Shown here: in pieces, positions 48,950 to 62,971 of the stretch
How the letters are laid out: every line of letters begins with the position of its first letter
How positions within the stretch are numbered: position 1 is the first letter of the stretch
Assembly: GCF_030144855.1 (NCBI RefSeq)
Contig: NC_082717.1
Coordinates: 88,846,001 to 88,910,000 of the forward strand
Direction: 5' to 3'
From: Hypanus sabinus
Taxonomy: Eukaryota
Length of the DNA: 64,000 nt
The notes under the pieces: generated by a model
The model's database searches: none
Seen by the model: the letters and a program-made list of their open reading frames with translations, nothing else
Told to the model about the DNA's origin: nothing
Translations under genes and position numbers: made by a program

Positions 48950-49450
48950 CATAGGAACAGAACCGGGCCATTCGGCCCATCAAGGCCATTCTAGCGGGGG
49001 TGGGCGAGTTAAGTAGATGGTGAAGCCTGGAGGAAAGGGTCGATCAGTTTCGGACATCAGACCGACCGGGACGTATTCCTCCTTTTCACGGTCACGGGGC
49101 AGCTCCTGAGGGCGGGAGAACCAACCCCGGGTCGCCCCTCGGATTTCGGGACCTCCCAGTGAACGCGACCCGAGGTCCGGCCACACGCTTCCGTGTACGT
49201 CACCACGGCAGGCAACATCATCGCGTTGAACGTCATTGCGGAGCGCCGGTGGTGGCGGTGAGGTGACGACGATAGCGGAGCGCCAGAGCGGGGTGAGTGG
49301 TGATGCTGCGGGCGAAGCGGGTCCGGGGAACTGGGAGGTGGGTCACGGCCTGACGGTTGAATGGCTGTGGGTGCTGGCCGAGGTGTTCGGGGGTTCATAC
49401 CTCCCACCCTGGGCACTCCGCGCCCTGTGGAACTGTGTCTGCATTAAATG
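48950..49450 (+). promoter_or_regulatory. CpG-island promoter and non-coding exon 1 of GEMIN6
   Basis: CpG-dense block 2.4 kb upstream of the first coding exon. ETS-like CTTCCG (~49188), CRE-like half sites (ACGTCA) and a strong donor GGG|GTGAGT at 49292/49293. Confidence 0.78.
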
Positions 49451-50019
49451 CCGCAGAGCTCATCGCTTGATCCTAGACGAAAAGCGGTTCCCCTTGCATG
49501 CATTTTTTATTATAGATCTGAGACCCTGCGATACAACTCGTCCACGTTGACCAAGTTGCCGACCTTGCCTGCTTTTGTCCCATATCCAATCACTCATAGC
49601 CATGCACCTGTCCAAATGTTTTATATGTTCTTGTCTCTGCCCCAAACACTTCTTCTGGCAAACTGTTCCATATATTCACAATCGTTTGTGGAAAAAGTTG
49701 CTTCCCTTTTAAATCTCTCTCTTCTCCTCCACCCCCCTCCCCACTTTAAAGCTCCGCCTAATTTTGGACGCTCCTAGACCGGGGAAAATACATTCCTCTT
49801 CTGGGGTTGGAATAATATTAATGATAGGGAAGCTATTTAAAAATCTCCATGGGACAGGGTGTCTGCACCCAGAAAGGTTCTGGTTAAAGAGTCAAATCAG
49901 GAAAATATGCTGATTCCCTTGATTAGAAGGGTTTTCTCAGGAGCTGCAGAGGCTGAGGGGAGATCTGATAGAGATTTATGAGGGGCATAGAGAGACTGGA
50001 CAGACAATATCTTTTTCCT

Positions 50020-51215
50020 GGGGAAGGACATGGATCCCAAGATTCCTCTGTTCCACGCTGTCATTAACCATGTATTCTCTCTTCAAATTTGACCTTCCAA
50101 TGTAATTCTCGACACTTTTCTGGGCAGAACTCCACTTGCCACTTCTCAGCCCAGCTCTGCATCCTGTCAATGTCTACAGTAACCTTCTACATTATCTATA
50201 ACTTCACCAAACTTGGTGTCATCTGCAAAATTGCTAACCCATCCTTCCACTTCCTCATACAAGTTATTTATAAACATCACAAAGAGCAGGAATCCCAGAA
50301 CGGAGCCCTGTTGAACACCACTGGTCACTGATCTCCAGGCAGAATGCATTCCATCTACTACCACCCACTGTATTCTGTGGGCAAGTCCATTCTGAATCCA
50401 CAGAGTCAAGTCTCCCTGGATCCCACGTCTGACAGCCTATCATGGGAACCTTATGAAAAGCCTTACTAAAATCCATACACACTACACCCAATTCTCTATG
50501 CTCATCAATGTGTTTTGTCACATCCTCAAGAAATTCAGTCAGGATTACGAGGCATGAGCTACCTCTCATAAAGCCATGCTGACTATCTCTAATCAGGCTA
50601 TGCTTCTCCAAATGCTGGTCATTCCTGTCTCTAAGAATTTTCTCCGCCACTGCTGTAAGACTGGTCTATTATTCCTGGGATCATCACTATTTCTTTGTGA
50701 ACAAAGGAATAACATTCACCACCCTCCAATCATCTGGTACTACTCCTGTGGCCAGTGAGGACACAAAGATCTTCGCCAAAGCCATAGCAATCTCTTCTCA
50801 CACTTCCTGGGGTATATCCTGTTCAAAAGTTACAGCAAATCCTTTCTTAAAATTGACATGTTCTAGCCTATCATGCTGTCCCTCTCATTGGTGAATACTG
50901 AAGCAAAGCATCATTAAGGACCTCCCCTACCTCCTCTGACTCCAGGGACATGTTCCCTTTTCTGTCCCTGATGAGTCCTACTCTCACTCTAGTCATCGTC
51001 CTGTTGTTCACGTATGTGCAGAGCACTTTGGGTGTTTCCTTAATCTATTACCAAGGCCACTTCATGCTCTCCTAAATCTGTGCTTCAGCTCCTTCCCGAC
51101 TATCTTGTAACTCCCGTCTGATCCGTGCTTCCTAAACCATCAGCTTCCTTCTTCCTCTTGACAAGATGTTCCACATTTCTTGGCAACCATAGTTCCATCA
51201 CCCTATCACCTTTAC
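50020..51215 (-). mobile_element. CR1 RT fragment
   Basis: SQHGFMRGSSC, MDFSKAFHKVP, SGVQQGSVLG and FADDTK on the minus strand, frameshifted. Confidence 0.88.
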
Positions 51216-51735
51216 TCTGCCTCAGTGGGACGAAGCTCTCTCATTAACAAGGTGTCCTTGCCTACAGAACTACTGCTCACTCGATGTTCTTTGTTTTTAC
51301 ACCATTGTACATGTAAATCCCAGGAGATCAGCAGTTTCTGGGATACTCAAACCACCCTGTCTGACACCAACTATCATTCCACGGTCAAAGTCACTTAGAT
51401 CACATTTCCTCCCCCATTCTGATGTTTGGTCTGAGCAACAACTGAACCTCTTGACCATGTCTGCATGCTTTAGCGTATTGAGTTGCTGCCACATGATTGG
51501 CTGATTAGATAATTGCATTAACGAGCAGGTGTACCTAATAATGTGGCCACTGAGTGTATATCTTTTAACTCTGGATCATTTTTTGTCTGGCCTTACAATA
51601 TTGTGTTAAATATATCCCAAGCTGGTTTCTAATACTGCAGCAAAAGAATACCTCATGTTTTGCTTTGAAGAATAAAATGTTCGATTTGTATCTGTTTGCA
51701 TCTTTATAGATTTGAGGTATTATTGTCTGGTAAAT

Positions 51736-51863
51736 ATGAATGAATGGAAGACAAAGAAACCCTTAGAATGGGAGAAATACCTAAATAAAGAAGTGAAAGT
51801 TACTGCGGATGAAAAGAACACTTACCAGGGCTGGGTCTTCACGGTTGATCCAGTATCAGGAAG
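51736..51863 (+). CDS. GEMIN6: GEMIN6 first coding exon (exon starts at 51710)
   Basis: MNEWKTKKPLEWEKYLNKEVKVTADEKNTYQGWVFTVDPVSG(S), compared with human MSEWMKKGPLEWQDYIYKEVRVTASEKNEYKGWVLTTDPVSAN. 128 nt; donor AAG|gtaatt; acceptor tttatag|A at 51709/51710. Confidence 0.94.
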
Positions 51864-52311
51864 GTAATTGAAAATAAAGATAAAGATTAGCTTTATTTGT
51901 TACACATACATCAAAACATTCAGTGAAGTCCATCATTTGTGTCAAGTCAAATCAGCGAAGATTGTGCTGGACAGTCCACAAGTTTCATAATGTTTCTAGC
52001 ACCGCGTTTTGAGTTTATTTGTCACGTACATTGAAACATAGTGTGAGATGTATTGCTCGTCCACGACTTACTAGCCCTAATTGAAATGTGTGAGGAAACC
52101 CACAGGGAGAGCTGTACGAACTTCCTACAGACAGAGTGGGCGATGAACGTAAATATGAAAGAACAGAGTGCCACGTGGGTGGCAAAATGTTTGAACTTTG
52201 AAAATGTAAAGACAGTAATGGTACCAACTGTAAAGAATTGAAAGTCTTTGAATGGTTATTGTATATAATTTTATTTTGGAATAAAGTATATTTTGTTTAA
52301 TTAAAAAAAAT

Positions 52312-53295
52312 TGCACAGGAGCAGGCCCTCTGCCCACAATTTGTGCCCAACCAGCTAAAAACTACATAACCCCCCCCCCCAAACTAATCCCTCCATCTTT
52401 CTCACATTCATCTGCCTATCTGAACATCTCTTAAAAGCCTCGAATGTGTTTGCTCTACCACCATACCAGGCAGCACAATCCAGACATCCACCACTCTCAG
52501 AGTGAAAACCTTATCCCTCACATCCTCTCACCTTCAATGCACGCCCTCTGGTATTAGATGTTTCAACCCTGGGAAAAGGATTCTCCCTGTCCACTCTATC
52601 TATGCCTCTCATAATCTTATAAACCTCAGTCAGATCTCCCCTCAGACTCCACCACTCTCTGAGTAAAAACCTTACCCCTCACATCCTCAATGCACGCCCT
52701 CTGGTATTAGACGTTTCTACCCTGGGAAAAGGATTCTCCCTGTCCACTCTGTCTATGCCTCTCATAATCTCTGTCAGATCTCCCCTCAGACTCCACCCCT
52801 CCAGAGAAAACAACCCGAGTCTGTTGAGCCTCTCATGAGAGCACATGCTCCCTAAACCAGGCAGCGTCCTGGTAAACCTCTTCTACGCCCTGTTTAAAGC
52901 TTCAACATCCTCTCTACAGTGGGGCGATCAGACTGCATGCAATCCTCCTGATGTGACCTAACCAGAGTTTTACAAAGTTGCAACATAACCTCGACTTTTG
53001 AACTCAACGCCTCGACTAATAAAAGCAAGCATTCCGTAAGCCTTCTTAACCACCCTATTGACCCCTGTAATCACTTTCATGGAGCTTTGAACTTGGACCC
53101 CAATATTTCTCTGCTTAGCACTTGCCCTACTGAAATGCAATACCTCACATTTATCTGGGATAAACTCAATCTGCCATTTCTCAGCCCATATCTGCATCTG
53201 ATCTATATCACGCTGCATTCTTTGCCAGTCTTCTACACGATCCACAACTCTACCCATCTGTAAACTTACTAACCCACCCATCTACATTTCCACCC
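52312..53295 (-). mobile_element. CR1 3' fragment with an internal ~160-bp tandem duplication (~52488-52798)
   Basis: WAEKWQIEFIPDKCEVLHF…VVKKAYGMLAFISRG. Both copies of the duplicated block begin ccaccactctc. Confidence 0.85.
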
Positions 53296-54689
53296 AAAGC
53301 GTGACGCTGACCGCTATGCTACTGCACTGTCCCTTTCTCCATCGAACTTTGTGACTGTTGCTCCATATTTGTTTCTTCCTTGTGCATTTGACTAGCTTCC
53401 CCTTACATGAATTTGTTTTATATATATATTTTCTCTCCTGAATTACCTTTCATTTATATACGCCTACCTTATTGTCCTTTGGCTTGCTAGCACTTGTCCT
53501 GACTGGGATGTAACAAAAGTTTGAGACCTGGCAGATGGACTGTTAGGAAACAGCTTCTACCCCCAGGCCACGAGACTACTGAACTCTCTGCCCCCGCCCA
53601 GGTCTCATCACTCAGAAAGCGCCAGTAACATTATACTGTTCACTTTCCTAACTTGTGTCCTGACTGCAGCTTAAATTCCAATATTCTGGAATATATTTTG
53701 TTATTTGTTAATTTATTTGTTTTAATTGTGTGTGTGTGTTAAGTTATTCATTCATTCATTCATTCTGTGTTGTGCACCTTGATCCAGAGGAACATTGTCT
53801 TATTTGGCCACGTACATGTGTACAGTTGAATGACAAACTTGAGATGGAATACAAACATAAAAGAAAGTGATTTTTCACTTTGCATATTAATCGAAAAGTA
53901 AAGTAATTGTTAAATGATAATTGGGTAGTGTCAAGGGAACCCAAGTCAAATCAAATCAAGTTTAATTATCATTCAAACCATACACAGATACAGCTGAATG
54001 AGACAGCGTTCCTCTGGGGCCAAGGAGCAAAATATTGAGTAAAGAAGCATATTCACTCGCAAAAATAAACCGATGTGGTCCAAGACCCTGAGCGACAATG
54101 CCCAACAATCGGTGGTACAGTCTCCAGCAGTGGTTGTACACTTGTCTGTTAAGGCCAGTGTGCAGGTATTGAAAGCAGTCCAGTGTTACATTAGCTTTTT
54201 AAGTTTTGATTATAGGTCTTTACAAGTTTTATTGCTAGTTCACAGAACATGATGCAAGGAGAGCAACAGTTTTTGCCCCTTGCCCAAGAAAGGAGTTATT
54301 TACCTGATGTTCACCTGACTGGTTCCAGATATGACTGGACTGGTTTGCCTTTTGAAGATAGATTGGATAGAGTAGTACTGTATTCTTTGATGTTTAGAAG
54401 GCTTACAGGAGATCTCATCAAAACTAGCTAGGGGCTGTGGAATCTAGAACCACAGGGCATAGTTTGGGAACAAGGGGCAGGTACAACATGGAGAAATTCT
54501 CCATTCAGAGGACGATGAACCTTTGGAATTTTTTTACCCTGGAGGTTCAGTAATTCTGTTCATTCAACCAGGCATCAAGAGAGATGGGAAGAGTGTTGGA
54601 AAAAAGAGCAGAGGGCGAAGACCAGCTGTGGTAGTGTAGTTTTAAAGGAATGGATAGCCAACTCCTTGCTCCTAACTGAATCGGAATCG

Positions 54690-55230
54690 GGTTTAATAGC
54701 ACTGATGTTGTGAAATTTGTTGTTTTGTGGCAGCAGTACTGTGAAGACATAAAAGTCAAGGAAAAAAATTAATGCAAAAAGAATAAAAAGTGGTTTCATT
54801 GTCCATTCAGAAATCTGGTGACGGAGGGGAAGAAGCTACTCCTAAAAGGTTGAGTGTGTGTCTGCAGTCTCCTGCACCTCCTCCCTGGTGATAGCAATGA
54901 GAAGAGGGCATCTTCTGCATGGTGGGCGTCCTTAATGAAGGATGCTCTCTTCTTGCGGCATCGCCCATTGAAGATGTCCTTGATGGTGAGGAGGCTAGTA
55001 CCCATGATGGAACTGGCTGAGTTTACAACGCTGTGCATCTTTTCCGATCCTGTGCATTGGCACTGCCATGCTAGCTGGTGATGCCACCAGTCAGAGTGAT
55101 TTGTAGAAAGCTGCTAGAGTCTTTGATGACGTTCCAGATCTCCACCAACTCCTAATGAAATATAGCCGCTGGCGTGCTTCCTTTGTGATTGCATCAATAT
55201 GTTGAGCGCAGAATAGACCCCCCGATATTC
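54690..55230 (-). mobile_element. Rex/L2-like LINE 3' fragment
   Basis: ORF 54796-55038 (LFSLLSPGRRCRRLQTHTQPFRSSFFPSVTRFLNG) plus tail. Confidence 0.78.
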
Positions 55231-55455
55231 TGCCAGGAAGGTAGTGCTTCTACATGGGGCAATTTCTAGATTATTGCAGTGAAAAGTGTGTGTGTGTGTG
55301 TCTACAGTTAGCCTAGCAGTGTATGGTGCAGCCAATAGGCGACCATCTGACAGCACTCACAGTTCTATTCAGATAAAGTATCTTTAATAATACCGTAGTA
55401 TATCTTTTGCTGTCAGGTGTCCTTGGTGATTAACTGGATTTTTAATTTCTTCTAG

Positions 55456-55840
55456 TGTTGTTCTGGTGAACTTCGTAGATGCTGAGAAGGTGTCTGTTGC
55501 GACCGTCATGGGCCATGCGATCCAGGCGGTGGAACTGATTAGTGAGGGAGAAAGTAACACCACTGAGAGGCTCTCGGCCTTATTCATGCCCGTAGGAAGC
55601 AGGGCCTACAGCAATGAGGAGCTCGAACAGCGGAAACTCCGCCTGAAGTCCTGGCTGGAGAAAAACCGGATTCCTGTTACAGAGCAAGGGGACCAAAATA
55701 AGACGCTGTGTGTGGCCGGGGTGTTGACTGTTTCTCCGCCATATAATGCGGAAGACTGCAATAGCTCTAATGAAATCATCTTATCTAGAGTTCAAAGCCT
55801 CATCAACTGTAACCCTGAAGCTGGTGACAAAAATGAATAG
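55456..55840 (+). CDS. GEMIN6: GEMIN6 last coding exon
   Basis: Acceptor ttcttctag|T, then VVLVNF…MGHAIQAVE…KSWLEKNRIPVTEQG…LCVAGVLTVSPPY…SSNEIILSRVQSLI…*. The joined CDS is 513 nt = 170 aa. Confidence 0.96.
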
Positions 55841-57789
55841 AGTACCGGTTTCTCTGGTAAATTTAGTATCTGCAACTCCATTGTAAAACATTTACCATTC
55901 TTCTGCAGATACTCCCCAGACCAGAATTATGATGCAGTTCTTATTGCTGCTGTGCAGAGTAAAACTAAAGTTCAAAATGAGCTTGTCATCCAAACCGATG
56001 TACCATTTTTAACAATCCAGAAGAAAATCTCATGTTGAGTTTTTGTATGTTTTCATCTCACAAGGTACTGTTGTAAATATACAACTTCCATTCTGAAGTT
56101 CATTAGTAAAAGATATAACAAAGACAACAGTTTCTTTGTCACTGTTATAGACTTGAAACCATACGCAGTTTAATTCTGCCTAATTCAGAAGTTATATGTA
56201 CATTATGAAAATGGAATTTTGGGGATTTGTATCAGGAGACGGGGTGAAAATAAGTATTTGTCAGTACATTCTTATAATAGAATGGGAAGTGCTGTTTAGC
56301 ACCTCAAATTTAAGGAATACTGTGAGCATGCAGGCAAATCTTAAATCTAAAATGGAAAATGATCTTGTAAATCTGGCAGAGAAAATGGAAAAATGTTCAT
56401 TTTACCACATAGTGGAGGGGCAGAGAGAGAGAGAGAGAGAGAGAGTCACCAAAATGCCCAAAGGACAGGGCATGAGAGTTGAGAAAAAATACAAAATGCA
56501 AGAGCATAGAAAAGGAAGTACAAAATACTAAATATTCTTCAATGATACCTTACAATGGTACGACACAGGAACAGGTCCTTAAGCCAACAATGTTGTGCTG
56601 AGTTACTTAAACTAGTAATCTCAATATGTACATAACCCTCCATTCTTTGAGCATTCAAGCGCCTGTCTAGGAATGTCTAAAATGCTTTTATCATGTTTGC
56701 CTCCACTACCAGCCCTGGCGTTGCATTCCAGGTGCCCATACTTTTAAAAGAAAAACTTACTCCACACATCTCCTTTGAACTTACTCCCTTCTCACCTTGA
56801 ATACATGCTCTCTAGCATTACACGTTTTGACCCTGGGAGATGATACTGCCTGTCTGTCTACGTCTCTTATGAACTTCTCTCAGGTCTTCTCTACCTACAC
56901 CGCTCCAGAGAAAACAAGCCAGGCTGGTTCAGCCTCTAAGAATGCTCTCCAGTAACCTCTGTACCATTGACATGAGATTCACCAGTCTACAGTTTCCAGG
57001 ATTATCCCCAATTCCCTTGTTGAACAATGGAACATTAGTTACTCAAGCAGTTCTCTGAGACCTTGCCTGTGATTAGAAAACACAAAGATATTGGTCAAAG
57101 CTCCTGCAATCTCTTAACCTGGGGATTTATTCACCTTAACGTTCTCAAGAGACCCAATACTGCCTCTCTATCTATATTGAAATTCCTTAGATTATGAATA
57201 TGCTCCACACTGTTCCCAGTATCCTCCAGGTCCTTCTCCTCAGTAAATACTTACTTGGGACTTTGCTCAAATCTCCTGCCTCCAGCCAGATGTTCTCCCC
57301 TTTATCCTTGAGTGGTTCTACCTTCTCCCTCCCTATCCTCTTCCATTTACTCGTTAAAATATGAACAACTTGTCTCTTCATTCATACTTACCTTTTTTCC
57401 CCAGGAAGGACAAGTTAAATCCTATGGGGAACAATGGAATCGTGCATGACCCTGACAATCAGTTACCATAGAGTTGACAAATGCTCAGTGGAATCAGAAT
57501 TTTGGAATATACATTTAAAAAAAATATACAAAGTTACAAATCAGCATGGTTATCTGCAAATTTATTAGATTTATTGTAAGTTGTTTAAACTAACACAGCA
57601 AGTTCTCATAAGTAAAAACTGAGAATTATGTGTAATGATAAATATCTGTTCCGACAGCTTTAGAAAGTCAGACATAGACCAACCTCCTTAACTTTAACAA
57701 TGCAGATATACAATTTAAGTGCTTACTAGCTTGGACAGATTTTGGCCTTTAACAAGTCCAGCTACAGCAGCAATCATAGAAACCAAAAC

Positions 57790-58140
57790 TTCTGTACCTG
57801 GAAATCCAGAGCAACACACAAAATGCTGGAGGAACTCTGCAGGTCAGGCAGCATCTGTAGAGAGGAATAAAAAGTCGAGGTTTCGAGACCCTTCCTTAGG
57901 ACTGAAAAGGAAGGGGGACGATGCCACAATAAAAAAGTGGGGGTAGGGGAAAATGGCTAGCTGGAAGGTGACAGATGAAGCCAGGTGGGTGGGAAAGGTC
58001 AAGGGCTGGAGAAGGAAGAATCTGATAGGAGAGAGTGGACCACTGGAGAAACGGGAAGAGGGGGCCCAGGGAGTAGTAATATGCAGGAGAGAAGAAGTGA
58101 AAGGTCAGAATGAGGAATACAGGAAGGGTTGGGGAATTTG
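57790..58140 (-). mobile_element. Penelope terminal fragment
   Basis: acacacaaaatgctggaggaactc…gtcaggcagcatct terminus and purine-rich body, as at 8.1 kb. Confidence 0.7.
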
Positions 58141-60038
58141 TTTATTAGGTGCAGGAGGTACCCAATAAAGAGGCCATTGAATATATCTGTTAAATGGATC
58201 TGAAGTTCGCTTTGCAAAGAGTGAGCAGCACACTAAATGTGGACTTTTAAATCAGCAAAGCAGAGGCACAAATGAATGATACAAATGAAAGGATTGTAGG
58301 CCTTTCTGGCTAAATTAAAACTATCTTATGATCTATGTGAAAAGTCCTAGGAAAATATATTCTTTTAAAAGGCAGATTTTTTTTTGCAGCTATAATGCAG
58401 AAATTTTATTTAAGCCCATTCAAGGTAAAAAATTACTCTAATAACATCCTGTTTGCAGTCTGGATCTGACTGCATTAGGAAGATTTTTTTAGCGTATTGA
58501 CTTTTTTTCCGAGCAATCTCCGGAAGAACAAGGCATTACTGTAGAACACAGAACACTACACTACAATACAGGGTCTCTATGTTGTGCCAACATCTTTAGA
58601 GATACAGTACAGTAACAAGCCCTTCTGGCCCAAAAAGCCTGCACCGCCCAATTACACCCATGTGACCTACTAACCTGTACTTGGCTGAACAGCCATTATA
58701 AATTTCCTTTATCGCGTAGGTGAGGAGTTGATGAGAATGTGTGGTAAATAAAACTGGGATTAATATAAATAGGTGCTTGATGGTCAAGGGAAAATAAAAA
58801 TGGAATTAGTGCAAATGAGTTACACCTGCTCCTACGCACAAAAGGCTGGAGGAACTCAGCAAGTCAGACAGCATCTATGGGGGTGGGGGAGTAAATGGTT
58901 GACGTTCTGGGCTGAAACCCTTACTCAGGACTTGTTTTCTTGTTATGTTGTTTTGTTGTGCTCGATGGGGAGTGAGAACTTGGTGTGTGGGGTTCGTGTG
59001 GAAGAGGCAATGGGAGTCACAGTCACAGCACTCGAACATGCACTTTGACCCACCTCATTAGTGCCAACCATCAATAGAATTATCTAAACCCATTTCATTT
59101 CCTCAGCAACCACTCCCCAAGATCCTGCTATATAGGAGGGCATTTAACAGTGGCTGGTTAACCTCCTAACCCTTTTGGGACATGGGAGACAACTAGAGTG
59201 TGCAGAGGAAACACAGTTGATCAAAGAAAGAACAGGCAAGTTCCAAAATGGTCAGGACTGAACCCTGGTTACTGGAGCTGCTAGTCATCTCCACTAGCCA
59301 CCATCATTCCTCTGATACACCTGCAAGTGGTCTGGCACCGGTTGGTAATGATATTACAATACCAATTTTAAATTATATTTTATATTCCACTGCTTATTAA
59401 AGTGCCATAAACATGGAACAGTTAGTTGCTTGCTTGATAGCAAAATAATTTAAAAGCTGACCATTTCGTCCCCACGACCCTTGTTTACAGAGTTAACAGT
59501 GAAAGACTACCAATTTATTGTGTGTTACTTTGACTGATCAACCAGGATCTCAGACTGTAGCAGCCACTCAAAGGTGAGCAAACTAAAGCCAGCAATATTG
59601 TCGGTTGGCCTCAAATAGTTTTCTGATAGAAACTAAATCTCACCAATGTGGAAACGAAGTTAATCTCAGTTCTCAGGCTTATCAGTTTATACATTTAAAG
59701 TAAAAATAATTCAATAATTTTTCAAGCTTCCTTTTTTATTCCTATATTGAACAATAAATAATGCTTCCTCTTGCCCTTGCAATCAATCAGGTTGTCATCA
59801 GATCTCCTTTACTAAGAGATGCAGCGAAGATTTTCTTGATGTAATGATTCAAGTACTGAATCCTTACCCACAGTACTTGTGCCACATAGTTCACTAACCC
59901 ATCTGTAACTGAAGTGGCCAGAAGGGTTTGGCTGCCAGTGTTTACGGAGGCAACGGGAGGATAAGTTGCTCCCCCTGGCCGTTAGGTTCTCACTGCATCT
60001 GAACAGCACCTTGGCAGGACACCTTTTTGGCCAAGCCA

Positions 60039-60182
60039 TCACTGGGTCGTTACAAGCTTCACAATCATCTTGATGATAAGTGACCCTCGTGGGCAGGTGC
60101 ACAAATTCATTGTGGGTTCCTTGATTTTGTCCTCCAGTAGCTGGTCCAGTTCCCAGCGAAGCCCTCGAATCAACTCTGCAAT
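60039..60182 (-). CDS. DHX57: DHX57 last coding exon
   Basis: ttctcag|IAELIRGLRWELDQLLEDKIKEPTMNLCTCPRGSLIIKMIVKLVTTQ*, matching the human DHX57 C-terminus (…LCTCPRGSRIISTIVKLVTTQ). 144 nt, phase 0. Confidence 0.95.
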   Translation of the reverse strand: MAELIRGLRWELDQLLEDKIKEPTMNLCTCPRGSLIIKMIVKLVTTQ

Positions 60183-60289
60183 CTGAGAACAGTACAGGGG
60201 GGGGGGGGAGGAATATGGGTTAGAAAGGGGGCATATTTGTATTAGAGTTGTACTATACATACATAATATACATTACCACTACCCTACAC

Positions 60290-61383
60290 AAAGGAATCAT
60301 GGTCTTGTTGCATCATCCAAATTCTATTAAGCTTCAGGAGACGGACTGCAACCTTGATATCTTCCTGTAAGATGTCTTGATACAATTTTGAATTAATTGT
60401 TTCCTCAATGATTGCAAGGTGTCCAGGCCCTGAGGCAGCAAAGCAGCCCCAAACCATGATGCTCCTCCCACCATGCTTCACAGTTGGGATGAGGTTTTGG
60501 TGTTGGCGTCCTTTTTTCTCCAAACATAGCAATGTGCATTTTTGCTAAAAAAAAAGTGCAACTTTGGTCTCATCTGTCCATGGAACATTGTCCCAGAAGT
60601 GTGTGGAACATCAAGGTGGTCTTTTGCAAACTTGAGACATACAGCAATATGTTTTTTGGAGAGCAGTGGTTTCCTTCCATGAACACCAGTCTTGTTCAGT
60701 GATTTTCTTATAGTGAATTGAACTGACTTTATTTCTTATATCCTTCACATACATGAGGGGTAAAAATCTTTGTTACGTCTCCATCTAAATGTGCCATGTT
60801 TAATCATAGTAATTATAATAATTTGTAATAAATAGAACAGTCAATGTAATACAGAGTACACTCAAATCAGTGTGAGTTCATCGGTCTGCTGGCCTGGTGG
60901 AAGAAGCTGTCCCAGAGCCTGTTGGTTCTGGCCTTTATGCTGCAGTACTGTTCTCCAGATGCACAGCTTCCCACATGGACAGAGACGTCAGCAAGTTTGA
61001 GAGGTGTCTGCAGGTTGTTTTGCTGTTACCCTTGTGTTCTTTTTCACCTCCTTCAGCATTTCATGCTGTGCTCTTGGTGTGATCTTTGCAGGATGTCCAC
61101 TCCTAGGGAGAGTAGCAACAGTACTGAGTTGTCTCCATGTGTACACAATTTCTCTTGCTGTGGCCTGATGAACACTCAGATCTTCAGAAATGCATCTCTA
61201 CAATTCTTCTTCTAAGGTCCTCTGAAAGTTGTTTTTGATTAAGTTGTTTGTGTACTATTAGTTTAGGCAGATTGTGTTTGTCTATTATTGTGACTTAGAT
61301 GAAGATCAGACCACATTTAATGAGTAATTAATACAGTAAACCAGGTAACTGCAAAGGCCTCACCAACTTTTTCTTGCAACTGA
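60290..61383 (-). mobile_element. Tc1-like transposon remnant in the last DHX57 intron, with a nested LINE tail (~60715-60950)
   Basis: ORF 60284-60532 PTVKHGGRSIMVWGCFAASGPG…YQDIL…MQQDHD. Confidence 0.85.
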
Positions 61384-61860
61384 ATTTCTAGCTGTAATGT
61401 TAATGCAATTTAAAAAAAGGTTGAATAAAAACCATATTAAAGTAAAATGGAGAGGTTGACCTTGCATCAGATCTTCCTGAAAGTTGCAGTCCACAGCCTA
61501 TTGTTAACCAGATGTCCTCTGCACATTACAAGAGTAATAACACACGTAAAATGCTGGAGGATCTCAGCAGTCCAGACAGCCTCTAGGAAAACAGTAAACA
61601 GTCAATGATTCGGGCTGAGACCCTTCATCAGGACTGGACACCTCTTGTGGACAAGAGTAATAACAGTAGTTATAATATTTATAACAATAATCAGCCAAGT
61701 TGGCAAATCCAGCACAGATGGTGATGGAACTCGTGATCTTTTGATTAACTGCCTGCAGTCGGTCCCCCATCCAAACAGACTGAGCACAGCAGTGAAATCA
61801 CGTAACAAACGTCTTGGCCCACAGGAAGCTCCCAGCACTGACCCTGCACCAGAACCTCAC

Positions 61861-62061
61861 CTGGTGGGAGGCAGCCGCAAATCGAATCCACCCATCATCG
61901 AGAGAGAGGATGAACTGCCCCCTCTGGAGCTCCACATTGACCTGGCCTCCCCCAAACAGGACGAGAGGGTACACGGACACCATGCTGCAGTCTCGCAAAA
62001 ACACCCGGCTAGTTTTCACTTTCTCGTGGTACACCAAGTATGGACTTTCAAAGTGACGGAC
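61861..62061 (-). CDS. DHX57: DHX57 penultimate coding exon (OB-fold region)
   Basis: ctctag|VRHFESPYLVYHEKVKTSRVFLRDCSMVSVYPLVLFGGGQVNVELQRGQFILSLDDGWIRFAAASHQ|gtgagg; 201 nt, phase 0-0. Confidence 0.96.
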
Positions 62062-62971
62062 CTAGAGTACAACATAGCCATGGCTTAATATTCATATTTC
62101 TTATGCAGGGAAACCTACTGGAAGTAAAATAACTTAAGCAAAAACAGTATAATTAATGTGACAAAACAACCCTGATTTTGCTGAAAACATTTAATCTGAC
62201 CTTCAGTTTTTCTGAATTCTTTACAGTGGTTTGGAGGTACACTCGCTGGTTTTAGAAATACAGTCCCACCATGAATGGGATCACAATTGAGAGTAACTCC
62301 TGTCCATGTTATCAGAATGACTCTATAACCCCTCTTGGAATGGTGCCATCAGTTTGCATCCACCTGCAGAGCAAAGGGGGGGCCTTGCTTTGGTCAGAAA
62401 GAATAAAAATTAAGAGCTTCTCTTTGCATTACACTGGGGAAAAAAATCAAGTAATCGGAAATGATGCTAGACCAAACTGTTCAAAAAACTTGATTCACAG
62501 GCAAACTGGGTAACGTGTGTATTTAAACACCAATGTTACAGTATCTACAGCATGTTAACCTTTATGTCACAGCAGAGAGACAATGATGCCACAAAACATC
62601 CTGTGGCATGTATTTTATTTAGGAGAATGAAACTCCATTTACAATGTATTGATCCTTTAAAAGCAAACAGGCAAATCCACCAGTGTGAAGCTAATGTATT
62701 CATTACTTTGCTAATTATTAGGGGAATTGCTATTTTAAAAGATTCATAGAATTTTACTGCACTGGTGGTCCAATCCTGAGCCAGCCCTAGGTGGAAAACA
62801 CAAATGTTTGTAGAGAAGGAGACTGTAGTCTTTCTCATCAGAACTATACTTTGCTTCAGCTACATTTCAGCAGTCAGAATCCAGACCAAATGGAAAAATG
62901 GGCATAGGAATGGCAGACAAGTATGGCCTGACGCATTTTGGGAAGCTTTCCCAGGGTGAAAATGGCTAATA

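Noticed and set aside
62240-62365. Additional DHX57 coding exon (acceptor ctttgctctgcag)
   Set aside because: Early stop in the required phase, no DHX57-like peptide and no good donor. The next real exon lies beyond the window.
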